Part shown: piece after piece, positions 25,800-39,789 of the stretch
How the letters are laid out: every line of letters begins with the position of its first letter
Position numbering within the stretch: position 1 is the first letter of the stretch
Assembly (NCBI RefSeq): GCF_006345805.1
Contig: NC_043015.1
Location: 21,452,001 to 21,516,000, forward strand
Source of the DNA: Octopus sinensis
Taxonomy: Eukaryota
Direction of reading: 5' to 3'
Length of the DNA: 64,000 nt
Notes under the pieces: model-generated
Told to the model about the DNA's origin: nothing
Database searches by the model: none
The model's input: the letters and a program-made list of their open reading frames with translations, nothing else
Position numbers and translations under genes: made by a program

Positions 25800-26540
25800 C
25801 ACACACAGCAAACACACACACACAATCACACATACACACACACACGCACGCACACGCACAGACGTACACACACATGATTATAGATATGCGTATGCGTGTG
25901 TGTGCGGGTTATGTCACAATAACATAGAAGTTCTGCAAGGAAACCAATAGAATTATTGACAACTAGGAGTACCGGGTTTAATTTTTGTGAGTAATCTCTC
26001 TTAGGCGGTGCTCCAGCTCGGCTACATTCCAATAACTGAAACATGAAGAAGGTAAAATACATAGGAAAGTATATGATTACGTAGAAAACTTAAAATTAAG
26101 TAATTAAAATTTAATTCAGTTTTAGAAAAGACATATCCATTACGCTAAGGAATATTTCTGTTAACTTTACAATTCAGCTTTCATGCAGCTGGCGTGCCTG
26201 GGTAGTTCTTCCCATCAGTCATCATAATGAAATATATGTGTGTGTGACATAAAATGCAATGTAGCTCTGAAGCAATTTGAGACATGGAAGAAATATTTCC
26301 ATTTAGTCAAACAACAAACTATTAGAGAGGCAATGTTTTGTTGGTAACGTTTAACATGATTAGGAAGTAACAACAAGCAAAGGTGAATTTCATCAGAAGA
26401 ATCGCTTTATATATTGGTATATTACAGATCACATCACGAATAGTAAATTACAAAGTATTGAGATACCGCAGGAGATTCTTTATGGGAAACACACATACGC
26501 ACACGACCATTCATACAGATATGCATATAGACTCAAACCG

Positions 26541-26606
<66 letters not shown>

Positions 26607-27380
26607 ATATATAGATAAAGAGTGTGAGAGAAAATACATTAGTATATATATATGTGTTTGTGAATATGTGTTGTTAGTGTGTATAAATGTGTATATAAAT
26701 TTGTTTATAAAAATGTATATATAAGCATGTCCATATACATGTATGCATGTATGTATATGTATGTATATGTGTGTGTATGTATGTGGATACAAATGTATGT
26801 GTGTGTGTTGGTGTGTATTAGACAGAGAAAGCAAACGAGAGACCCGCAGAGAGTCAAACAGAACGAATGAGATTGATACAAAGATATATAGGAAGTCGAC
26901 AGAGAATAGAAATAGAGAGAAGGAGAAAACGAAGGTCTAGAATGGTGCTAAGGGTGGAGGGGTGGGGAGCTGCGAAAACACCCATTGATCACAAAATCGA
27001 ATCAACAAAATATATTGCATCCATTTGTATAAGGCTCGGCATTATTGTTAGCAAAATTTAGAATTAGGCGATATTAAAAGACATCGGCACACCATAATGC
27101 GTTTGATGTCGAGCTTCTCCAATATTAATCTAAATAGGAATATTCTATGTTCTTCGGAAATATTTATGTGGGAACGAACTAGTGTTTACTGGAATGGTGT
27201 GGTCATATAGATTGTTTCTTCCTCGAACAATCCTATTGCGTTTCAACAGGGTTATTGAGATATAAATTGTCCATTTTACTTGACGAACTGTGTCGGCCAT
27301 ATGAAAACTCACACACTCGTACAGGCGCTGCCATTATGACACATATGCATACATACATATGTATATATATTCATACATAC

Positions 27381-27417
<37 letters not shown>

Positions 27418-27510
27418 CGTGTGTGTGTGTGTGTGTGTATGTGTGCGTATGTGTGTGTGTGCGTCTGTGTCTTTGTATACGCGCACTTATATTATAAATG
27501 CGTAATGTGA

Positions 27511-27563
<53 letters not shown>

Positions 27564-27824
27564 GTGTGTGTGTATTTATGTATGTGTGTATATATAAATG
27601 CGTATGTATTCTCTGCTTCTGTTGCGTGTCCCTCAATCTTTGCACTGTGCCAATGCTGGGGCACCAACTAGTAGTTTTTAGAGAATTTAGATAATCAAAT
27701 TGAAATAGTATTGGTAAGTTGGTAAGAATGGTAACTATTCCGTCGCTTTTTTGTACATATATACATATCTACCAATCAAGGTAAGTACGTATGTAAGTAT
27801 GTATGTATATATGTATGTATGTAA

Positions 27825-27855
<31 letters not shown>

Positions 27856-28674
27856 TGTATGTATGTATGTATGTATGTATGTATGTATGCATGTATGTAT
27901 CTGTCTATCTATACCCACACAGAAACTCACCGACCCCTATGCACACATCCGCATATACACACATATATATATATTAAAGAGCAAGTGAAAAATCAAGTAC
28001 CAAAGAGAAAAACGAAACGAGCGGGGTGGATGCAATGAGGCAATGGATGTGGGTAGAGAATAGAGAAGCCGATATATTAGTTATTCGTCTCTTTTCAAAA
28101 TGAATGTATTTGATGTCATGAATAAATATATCGTTAATACGTATATCATGAAATGTAGAGAGTGTCACGAATAACAATTTGCCCACGCGCGCACACACGC
28201 ATATGTATCAATATATTTTTATGAATATATAACAAGAAAGAGAGGGAGGGGAAAGAGAGGGAGGGGAAAGAGAGGGAGGGGAAAGAGAGGGAGAGAGGGG
28301 TAGAGAAAAACAGGCATAGGTGGACAGTTGAACAGACAATATGCAATTAGCTATGTTTGTATAAGTATATTATGCAAAAAAAAAATGTATTAAAATTATT
28401 TCATATTTATGTCTTGTAATGTGAAAATTTTCATGACTTCGCTGCAATCTATTCACTATCAACTTAAGAATTATTTGAAAATGCCTACAATGAATCCGGC
28501 GTCCATCTGGATAGCTATTGCGACATTTTTCACAATGTGATTGCTTTATTTACAATTCATATGTCTCAGACTTAATTCTTTGTTGGAGAAATAGACATCC
28601 GGAGCACAATCACGTGCACACATACCTGTGAATTAATATCCGCAGATGTTTATGATTATCTATACTCATATATG

Positions 28675-29403
28675 ACAAGCGAGAAATGGCGCAATCGTTA
28701 GAGTCGGACAAATATGTGGTAATCATTATGAATCTTTACATTCTGAGTTCCATACTTGCTGAGGTCAGCTTTGGTTTCATTATGTTGGGGTCAGTAGAAT
28801 TCAGTATCATTCATTAGACTGTGGCCATGCTGGAGTATCGCCCGCCTTGAACGGTTTTGAGTCGACTGAATCGATCCTAGTATATATATATTTTTAAAGC
28901 TCGGTACTTATTCTATCGGTCTCCTTTCCGAAGATCATCGGAAGGTAAACACACCAACACCAGTTTTCTACCGGTGCCAGAGGACAAATACAGACATAGA
29001 AACAGGAACAAATGAATGGAGATTTTGCTTTTATGCTTTACTTGATTCAGTCATTTGATTGCGGACATACTGGGCATCGCCTTGAAGGAGTTTAATCAAA
29101 TTGATCAACCCCTGGACTTATTACCTTAAAGCCTAGTACTTATTCTATCGGTTGCGTTTGCGGAAGTGCTAATTTACGGAGAGGTAAACACAACATCGGT
29201 TGTCAAGCGATGGTGGGAGAAACACACACACACACACAGCTGCGCGCGCGCACACACACATCTACCAAATCCACTCATAAGGCTCTGGTGGGCGTGTGGC
29301 TACATAAGAAGAAATTTGCCCAAGTGCCCACGCAGTAAGACTGAACCCAGAACCATGTGGTTGGGAAGCAAGTTTAATACCACACAGCCACGCCTGCGCC
29401 TCT
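28675..29403. mobile_element. Cluster of three SINE copies (plus-strand head, minus-strand 3' half, minus-strand full OK-like copy 29030-29403)
   Basis: Recognisable head, core and tail motifs shared with the other SINEs in the window. Confidence 0.8.
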
Positions 29404-30953
29404 ATATTCAACTTTCAATTTCTCTAAGACACTGCCACGTATTGCGTTCAGTACTTTACGAAACAAGTGTGAATTTCAAGGAATTCGGAAATAATCAACT
29501 ATCAGAATATATTTTAAGTGTTGCCATCATCACAAACATAGTCTTGTGTTTGTACCAAAAATCAATATTCCTCGGAACTTTCATCTCTTGTCAACAATTG
29601 ATATTACGATGATTCTTCCATTTATTTCTGCTCGTTAGCGCTGCCATATTATAACGACGCATTCATTATACTTCCCATAATATTCATTTTCATTAGCCAT
29701 GATTGATGTAATATTGTGTGAAAACCTATATTTTTTCATAAATACCCGTTCCATTTCCGCCAAAGTTTCACTTCATATTCATTAATTTAAAACTTATGCT
29801 ATCCACTTCTGTTTTCAGTGTGTTTTTCCAACAATATTCAATTAATTAATTAATGAAAATTAAGTATTTCGGAACACACATGCAAATATGTACAAAATAC
29901 TCCGTGTAAACACAAAACATTACTGTCGTTTATTGACTCACAGCGTATCAATACTCGTTTGAGAAGAGAGCATTTTTTTCTGTCTAAGAAAGAGAGGTTT
30001 TCGCGTAATACATTCAAAACACAAGTCCAGTCTTATATTCTTTCGCAACATGTTTTCATATTGATTTGCCAAGAAAGAAAACGGAAACTTATTTCCAGCA
30101 TATTTTCTTCAAGCTTCCCGACACGGTTCATATTGGTTGCTGTTCACTATGTATCCAGCAACACAGGTCTTCTTTGTCGTAACACTCCCTTTATTTTTAG
30201 TTTAAGTGTACAATATGTATAAATATTAAACTATTTCTGGATAATTTCTTTTCCCCCCTCTATTGTGGTAAAAGTTTGGTATATACTCAAAAGTATTCAT
30301 AAATTTCTATCCCTTTGTTATAATATTCTTCTTAACAATCATCTGAATAACCTTAAACTTTAACTGTATACAATATAGCAACATTGTTTACAATATCTAT
30401 ATGATGAGAATTCCCCTGTTTCATTATCAAGGGTCGGCTAGTGGGTGACTCCCTTAATTGTCAGCTAACATCTTGTTTTAAGTTTTCCTTTCCCAAATCT
30501 CATTATATTGCTTCTAATAAATCTTCATTTTTATGACTATACCAAATATGATTTCTGTCTGCTCCCTCAGCCCTAACAGATACTGCCCCTTTGTTCTTTC
30601 AGCCTTAGATAAACAAGGATTTGATAAATCTATAAATTCTATAAAGTCTATAAATTAAAACTGACACCATAAAAACAAAAACTCAGTGACAGGCTGAGTC
30701 TGTAACAATCTATATTTTGTTGATACTTTTGTAGCATGTTCTTTGTCTATATCCTTAACTTCTTGGAGATTTTAGGTATAATTATACTAATGTATTCCAT
30801 CTGTTTTAATTCAATTAAATTCTATGTGTTTATGCAGCTGAGAATTGCTCTGCATTTTAAATTGAAGTAATGATTGCATTGCTCAATTAAATAGAGTTCC
30901 ATGAAACGTTCGTACTGCATTACCTCTGGATATACTTGTTGTTTATTTTGATC

Positions 30954-31023
<70 letters not shown>

Positions 31024-31169
31024 TATATATGGGACTGAGGATATCTTCAAAATCACTCTCAATACACTTCGTATTAAACAATAATAAAATTTTCAATACA
31101 AAATGTATTGACAAATCCATCGACCAAATGCAAAATTCCTCTTACTGCAACGTAAAAAAATGAACATTC

Positions 31170-31305
31170 AAATTGCAACCACTTGGGTCTGCTTCCAATG
31201 CGCCTGCACAGCATGTTGGGCTTGTGTCTCTCACTATATTCCCGGGCCGACCAATACCTTGTGACCGAATTTGGTTATGGGAAACTGTGTAGAAACCTGT
31301 GACCT
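31170..31305 (+). mobile_element. Degraded OK-like SINE 5' part
   Basis: ...cccgggccgaccaataccttgtgaccgaatttggttatgggaaactg matches the ggccgaccaaagccttgtgagtggatttgg segment of other copies. Confidence 0.6.
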
Positions 31306-31749
31306 TGATATAATTAAGGCGGCTTCGGTTTGATGTGTATGCAGCTACCCAAATTTCACTAATCAATACATCAGATGATCCGCTAGCTAGGAAGCATGTG
31401 GAGCTAGGATTTCCCCTGTTCCACTCCCTCCAATTGGATTTTTATTCGCATTCATTGCAGATCTTGTTGCTAAACAATGAGTTATACATAATATTTTCAG
31501 CTTATTGAAGCCAATAAATTATCATTGTTCTGAAACACTGTTCTTTCAACATACCACGGAGTGCTGGAAGCTTACAAACTTCCTACGCTTAGATCCTGGG
31601 ATCTTACTATTATATATCAATACACACACGCACTCGCGCGCGCACACACAAACACATATATTATATATATACATATGTATTTATATATGTATATATATAT
31701 ATTTGACGAACTGGTCGGTCAAGGTGATATCAAGGTGATATATATATAT

Positions 31750-31795
<46 letters not shown>

Positions 31796-32535
31796 ATATA
31801 TATATATATGTATATATGTACGTATGTATGTATATATAGCATGTATGTGTCTCATTATGGATATATATATATATATATGCGTTTTTGTTTTTGCATCTAT
31901 TATGTCTGTGTCTAAATGTGCTTCCATATTCTAATCTCAAATGAGTGTGTGTTCGTCGGTGTTCGCGTGCGATTATATAACTGTCTGTGTGAGCTGATTG
32001 ATATGTGTACACTTCTAAGATGGCTTTATCTAGTTGTCCTCGCATGGAACATAATATCACAACACTGAAGGTTTCCATTAAAAGCGGCTGTCAAATTAAC
32101 GCTCAGGGATATGACTTTAAATGCTCTCAGATTGAGTTTTATCTGTTAATATGCATAATAACCGTTCGTTCTTGGAATATTATAGAACATATAGCTAAGT
32201 AGTGTAGACTAGAATACACATATATTTTTGTATACTCATATGCACACAGACACAAGAACAGATACACATGCACACATATATCTACAGATACATAGAAAGA
32301 GAGAGAAAGAAGCTTAGACACACATATATGCCTATATACATAAGTAGGAATGGATGTTTATATGTATGCATCTACCTCGTTGCGTACATACATTTAGAGA
32401 CAGATATACTGATATTAAGAGATCGATATATGAGGGTACGTCGTATAATTAGTAACGTTTGTATATTTAGTAACGAAAGAAATTTTTTTACTGATAGTGA
32501 ATTTGCTGGTGTGTGCGGCTGGATATATATATACA

Positions 32536-32747
32536 CAGGGTTGGCTAAAATTCACCTGACACTAAATCGAAACCAATTTAATTTCAAGATTAAAACAAAA
32601 AATTATTTTATCTGAGATTTCGCTAATAAGTAGCATATATTGAAAAAAATCCTGCTGAATTTAACTCACAGCATTCAATTATTAAACATACATAATTAGA
32701 ATGAATAATTTAAATTGAGTATGTCGGGTGACTTTTGGTCAAACCTG
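32536..32747. mobile_element. Tc1/mariner-type MITE (212 bp)
   Basis: TIR cagggttggctaaaattcacctgaca versus tgtcgggtgacttttggtcaaacctg. TA follows the right end; the left flank is taca inside a TA run. Confidence 0.75.
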
Positions 32748-33539
32748 TATATATATATATACCAACAATGGGGATGTAAATTGCAATAAAAAGCATCAGG
32801 TACGGCCAATTGTAATAGTAGTAATACTTATAATATAGCTAACGCGAAAACAACGTCAGAACTGCCATATATGTAAATAAATATGATAAATGCTGATGCA
32901 GAGAGAAATGAAAATGCCCATTGATGAATCCCTGTATGAGTACAAATCTTGTATATAAATGCACTGTTCACACAAGGGGAGGGCCGTATGTTTACACAGG
33001 GTAGACGGCTGATTCATTTAAGAATCCCTATCGCAACCATGTCTCCAGTTTTAAGAAATTCAATAAGACACATTCAACATTTTTGACCGATTTTGTATGG
33101 CGACTGAAGGAGGATAAAATAACATAACTTGGTTCACGCGAAACTATACAATATCATTTCCAGAAGATGCCGACTCTGCTCCGGAGAATCCCTGCATACT
33201 CTGAGGACCAATGACAAGATTGTTAATAGAATTTCTGAAAGACTCTCAAGATATCTATACGCATATAATCGTACTTTCGCACAAGGCAGTTGGAATGAAT
33301 TAGAGTAACTGTAGACATAATTTACTTTAAGGTATGGATTAATTAAGATTAGTTTAAACCTCGCCATTTTTATAAACAAGTAGCTATATAACCCGCTTTG
33401 TAATCGTGAGTGCACCTAACCACTCATGTACGCATGCTTACATTTTCGTGGATGCTTGTGTGTGCGAGTGTACGCGCACCATGCAATTTGCGCGTGGACG
33501 TTTATACATCCATATTTGTTCATGGTTAATTTTAATACT

Positions 33540-34300
33540 TTTCTGTATTGCGTGTTCGTTTCTTTTTTGCATCCGTGATTTTATTTTTGATCTCCTATAT
33601 AAATGAAGGACATTTCCTTCGTTTTGATGCTTTTCTTTCTATGAAATAAGAAGATACATTGCGAGACTGTTATTTTAATGAGTTGTAACCTATTCATCAC
33701 CCGAATAGACACATCTGCAACACCGGATGCTGCTAAACCAGCTGTTAGGTGTCTCACCCGTGAGGGATCGATGATAAAAGGGTCGAAACAATTGTTGTGA
33801 TTAATTATAAATTCTCGTATATCCCTTCCGTCTTTCTTGGACAATGCCGTAAGGAAGGGAGTTTCATTTTGCAATCCTTGCTTGCATTTCTTGCGGAACT
33901 CTTGAGATGAAGAGATCTAGTTTTGTTTGAAGATACCTTCATCAAACCCCATATATGTCGATGAGGCTTTTTGTGAAGATATCGAAGGACTGTGGGGCAT
34001 TGAAACTCAAGCTGCTGCAGTATCTGGTCATGTTCCTTGATGGTAATATTAGACTTTGTGGTAGCGCTTTTTGCCGTGTGTCCAACTTCCAGAGCCAAAG
34101 TTTGATACAGTTCTTTCCAGATGGGTCCAGAGTCACATACTGCATATTTATCCTGCCCTCGTTCAAGGCAGTAGAGTTTTAACTCGTGTCCAGTAGCTCA
34201 TCTTCGCACCGAGGCAATCATCTTTACGTTGCTTCGCTGGATTGTTCCGAGCTCTGCAGTTACTTTTAACCGTGTTGTTGTCTGTAGTTGGGTGCAGTAT
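33540..34300 (-). pseudogene. Degraded retroelement ORF1/gag-like coding remnant (family uncertain)
   Basis: ORFs 33942 and 33581 join into one protein-like frame with a single 1-nt frameshift (IYG/FDEGIF) and one stop. The end can be repaired to a CX2CX4HX4C-like knuckle. GC content is higher than the flanks. Confidence 0.45.
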
Positions 34301-34382
34301 CCCCAAACGGCTGCGGACATATGTCATCTAGAGAATCATCATGGTTTCTCCTTTCTTCCCTCATTCTGAATGTTCTAAGGAT

Positions 34383-34433
<51 letters not shown>

Positions 34434-34529
34434 ATATCATATATATATATTATATATAGATATATATATGTATTATATATATATATATGTTATATATATA
34501 TATATATATATAATTATATATATATATAC

Positions 34530-34584
<55 letters not shown>

Positions 34585-34982
34585 CAATACATATACATGA
34601 TGCCTGCCCCTCGTTATGGAGTATGGCCATTGCATGAAGCGTAACTGTTATTGGTGCTGTGATCGAATGTGACTTTTATTTGCCTTTTAAGGTTACAGCC
34701 AACCATTCAGTTGTGACTCACAGCACCATCAACAATCATGAACAATGTTGTTATCGTGCAATGCCTGTGCAAGCAGTGAGGAAAGGTGTGCTCTGAGTCA
34801 ATCCCACTCACTAAGCAACAGTAGCCATAATCCGAAAAGAAGAACAAGTCAAGACCATTGGTAACCACTGAGCCGCGGGTTTTATACATATACATACCTT
34901 CATACATACCGACATACATACATACATACATACATACATACATACATACATAAATACATACATACATATATATATATAATAG

Positions 34983-35029
<47 letters not shown>

Positions 35030-35101
35030 TCAATGACTGAAACCGGTTGTTTTTGATAAAATTATTTTAGCATTTTCTATCTTGACTTTTTCCATATACA
35101 T

Positions 35102-35181
<80 letters not shown>

Positions 35182-35488
35182 GTATGTATCTTTGTATGTA
35201 TGTATAAACATGTGTATATATCTAAATGTTCATTTATGCGCGACTGCGTGTGTGCATGCGCATTATATTTAACCGTAAATGACAAGCAAAACACTGCTTG
35301 TTTCGAAAAGAAGAAAAAAAACGGGAACGACGTTCTATACGATACATATACATAAAAAAGCGCAACTCAAGATTAATGCATTACGGAATTTATATATATC
35401 GTAATATTGTAGTGGTAAATTGTTACTGCAAAAGAATTTGACTACAGTACGAGATGTGGTGGTGGCGATGTTCTTTGTATGTATGTAT

Positions 35489-35524
<36 letters not shown>

Positions 35525-36010
35525 AGTAAATAAATGGAGTTGAACGCAGATACTACTGCGTCCAACTCCATTCATTTACTTATACTACACAAATTACTGC
35601 ACATTAACCCGAAGTTTCTACCTTTGAATAGGTCGCTACATCCTTGTTACTTGCGTGAATTTTGCTACCCTGGTAACTATTTATTGAATTTTCCATGTTA
35701 ACGGTAAACAAAAGATAATTCATTTAATGTGGTTTTAGACTCAAGTTTTGACTGCTATTTCCAGCTTGGCGGTATCTCTTAGATAGCCTAAATATAATAA
35801 TTATTACCTTTGAAAAGTCTTTATTCCCATGCTGTCCACATGATTAGATCGTTATTTAAGTATCGATCTTATCCTTCCTTATTTATATTTCCTTATTTAT
35901 ATTTCTAAGCAAATCCTAACTTTTTGCTGTTTTCATACATAAAATCTCTGTACGACTTCAAGCATTCTATGCATACTCACGTTTACACACGTACATACAT
36001 ACAATTACCA

Positions 36011-36057
<47 letters not shown>

Positions 36058-37092
36058 AAGAAAACGTATATGTATATATCAATACAAAACTATATGTCTA
36101 TGTATGTATGTATGTATGTAAGTATGTATGTATGTATGTATGTATGTATGTATGTATGTATGTATGTATGTGTGTATCTGTCTATCTATCTGTCTCTCTA
36201 ACTATCTGTCTATCTTTCTATCTAGCTAGCTACCTATCTATCTCTAGCTATCTATTTTTCTATCTACCTATGCATCCATAGTTTCATCCATAATCACGTG
36301 TATTTTCATTCTTTATACAGCATACAGATACGACGGAAATGTGTGGCAACTAATCAATGTAAATTCCTACCTACTTTAATTTACACACACACACACAACA
36401 CACACACACACACACACACACAAGTATACACACATCTGTGCGTACTTTAATTTGTGACAATAAACATTGTTTGAGTGGCTTCCTATCTTCATGGCATCAC
36501 TGTATTTGCTACGTCGAAGTATTCGGCTATTTTAAGCTACATCAACTTTATTAAGAGATCAACGATAAATACTTGTCTTCGTACCAAATCAACTGGCAGA
36601 ACAGATATCTCCTCTTGTGTGTAGAAACAATACATCTGACAATAGTCCTACCATACATCACCTACTTTACTCTTAAATAGCGAAGCTGTTAATTAAATGG
36701 TCACAATTTCAGCTTGGTGAACGTTATATAGAAGAAAAGAATCCGTATATTCAAATGAGTATATTATTATTAACTCTATTCAAGTAAGAAGGAGGGCGAA
36801 GACGCGCGTAATGACGCGTATTACGCTGGTGGCCGTGGTTGAGTTGCGGTGCGATCACCTCTGTTGCGGCGGTTGCCTAATGTGACGTTTTGTTTTAAGC
36901 GTATAAGATAATTGATGCGAGAATAGCTTGCCCTTCTTCGAATTAATGCTGACGCAATATTTGTATATACCAAGTCATACATAAGTACGCTTTGCAACCT
37001 TGTGCTTTCCAAATCACCAAATCGGTGCTACTGCACTGCATCTTCGACAACTCAGACGACTCACTTCTGTTACAGCCTCGAACCTGGTATGC

Positions 37093-37125
<33 letters not shown>

Positions 37126-37298
37126 ATATATATATATTCTTCTTTTATTCTTCTTTTACTTATTTCAGTCATTTGACTGCGTCCATGCTAGCACACCGCC
37201 TTAATGGAAGACCGCCTTAATATATACGTGTGTATATATATATATTAGTATTTGATTTATAATTGTGTACATATATGTATACATTATAATTTTGATAT

Positions 37299-38160
37299 CA
37301 GTGGATATCAAACTGGGGTCCGCGAAGCGACGCTGAAGTGTTGTGAAAACGGTTGGTTTGAGACAGTTAAGTTTCAAATTTCAAGGCTTGCAATTTTTTG
37401 TATATTATCATCCATTTTTGTCGTTGACCTCAAAAACTCAAGCCGACCCTACACATTCATCTACTAATCACACTTGTTGTACAACAAATGTGACTGGCCG
37501 ATGGAAAATATCCGAATATAACGGGTGATCGTGCTTGTGCTGTCGGTATTCTTCCATTGCATTCCACATGTTTGCGTGTCTCTCATCGTCGTTATCCTCA
37601 CTGATGCATGTTCCCACTTGACCTTGTCCATTGCGAGACACCTCATCCCGCACGGTGGCTGGGTGGTATAAGGCGTGATTGCTTTTCATGGGAATATGTT
37701 CCGACAGAACTGTCTTCTCAACGGTTATCAATTCATGGAGTTTTATCTACGGACAGACTAACGCTCACATGCACTTTGGATTTCTTCCACAATTAACAGT
37801 GAGAGATAAGGTTTATTTTTAATTAGTGCGCCCAAAGCGTATATGCATACCCATAATATGATAATTTCGAAATAAATATACAATGTTGTTATATTAATTT
37901 GGTTTACTGAATTTTATCTTTATTCATTATACTTTCAAAAAAGAAAATGAGATATGACGAATCTTATTTGAAATTCGGTTTTACTGTGATAAAATCTGGC
38001 GGATAAAGAAAACACTGTTCCGAGGTTCTGGCGTCTACTAAACTAAACCCAACAAGTTAAAGAGGCACTTCGAAATGAAGCATCCCATTTCAATATAGAT
38101 ATCGACTTCTTCAGACAGATTGACGAAGTTCAGACTTGATGACAGAGGAATGCATTAATT
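37299..38160 (+). mobile_element. hAT (Charlie/Buster-like) transposon 5' end with BED-finger N-terminus remnant
   Basis: TIR-like cagtggatatcaaactggggtccgcg at 37299. About 37945-38150 encodes YDESYLKFGFT...SEVLASTKL/PNKLKRHFEMKHP. Confidence 0.78.
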
Positions 38161-38225
38161 ATTACCTCTTTGCAGGTATTAATTTCTGTCATATAGGCTA
38201 GTATTTACAATGTATGTTTGTTGCA

Positions 38226-38230
38226 GAAAG

Positions 38231-38318
<88 letters not shown>

Positions 38319-38780
38319 TATGTTTGATTTTTGCTATACATTTGTACAAGTTGGCTCCAAGTCTCACCCAGAGACCTCAAGAAACAACAAGTCGGAAGTT
38401 CATGTTGGTGTTATGCCTGGTGTGCCTTATATTTGGTTTTGTACTTAACGTTGTACTACTGAATTCTAAATAACCATAAGAAAATCATGTTTGTTTTAAA
38501 ACTTGAGATTACATAGAAAGTATTTTGCGTAAGTTATGAGCAGTTCCCATGAGCACTATCTTTTGAATTTCTGCCATTTTGGGGTTTCCTGGTATCTGAG
38601 TTAGGTAGCAATCAGCCCCTTTCGCTATCATTCCCAGGGAACCTATGACTACAGGTATTGTTTTAGTCTTCAGGTTCCACATTTTGCTGATTTCTATTTC
38701 AAGATCATTATATTTGCTCAGTTTATGGTAGGTCTTGACAGATACGTTTATATCGATTGGGACACTCATATCAATGAGGA
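38226..38780 (-). mobile_element. Dong/R4-type LINE 3' end (RLE C-terminus, 3' UTR and (AAT)n tail)
   Basis: ORF 38509: VPIDINVSVKTYHKLSKYNDLEIEISKMWNLKTKTIPVVIGSLG...LMGTAHNLRKILSM*. The same subfamily as 63055-64000. Confidence 0.92.
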
Positions 38781-38782
38781 GG

Positions 38783-38794
38783 TTATTATTATTA

Positions 38795-38858
<64 letters not shown>

Positions 38859-38886
38859 CATTATTATATTATTATTATTATTATTA

Positions 38887-38917
<31 letters not shown>

Positions 38918-38994
38918 ATATTATATATTATTATTATTATTATTATAATTATTATTATTATTATTATATTATTATTATTATTATTGAGTAGTGA

Positions 38995-39026
<32 letters not shown>

Positions 39027-39045
39027 TAATAATAATAGATTTATA
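38783..39045. repeat. (ATT)n/(AAT)n microsatellite
   Basis: Direct reading. Confidence 0.95.
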
Positions 39046-39757
39046 AACTTATCAATTCATTATTGGTTCTTAAGATTATTCGCTTGTAATATATGGAGCG
39101 CTGCAAGCATTTTAATTGTATATCTTCCAAAACGTAACATCATTATAGTTGCAACTCTGGTTTGACACCATCGGATGTAATCATTCTGCTTCAACGCGTC
39201 CACGATCTCCTTGATATTTGATCGGCAGCTGACGACTGAATTTCGACGTTTATCTGAAAATTACTTCCATTTGCTCGTTAAAATTTCTGTCGATTGTTAT
39301 TTTCTGTTGTATACGTTGTTGTTAATTACAATTGTGCATTTGTTTTTCTTGGGGGAGGGGGTCTTGTTACCTTCACAGATTATGTTATAAGGGTTGTAAG
39401 CATGGATCTATTTATGCATGTATACTTGTATATACACAGAGATAAACTAAGGATAGATGCATTAATGGACACATATAAATGCTTAAACACATAAACGATC
39501 TAAGCACGAACGTTTGGAATGTTAGTTTTCAGTCTGAAGATGTAACTTGGGTGGGCGAGAGATACCATAGAGACGCGTATTCATAAAATTTCTGAATTAC
39601 GTGTCTGAGTTATATAACGCAGCCAGTTATATTATCATTCAGGAAGTTGGGAGTTCAGCAGATCGAATAGTTTAATACTCACCATGGAACCGACAGAGAA
39701 TTTACTGAACTTATGTCTCTATCTTTAGAACAATATCTACGTCTACCAATATATAAG

Positions 39758-39789
<32 letters not shown>

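Noticed and set aside
30250-30900. Possible LINE endonuclease remnant on the minus strand
   Set aside because: Only a very loose resemblance to GDFN-type motifs, too degraded to support a call.
37468-37731. 87-aa minus-strand ORF
   Set aside because: It lies inside the hAT 5' non-coding region, antisense to the transposase remnant, with no recognisable motif.
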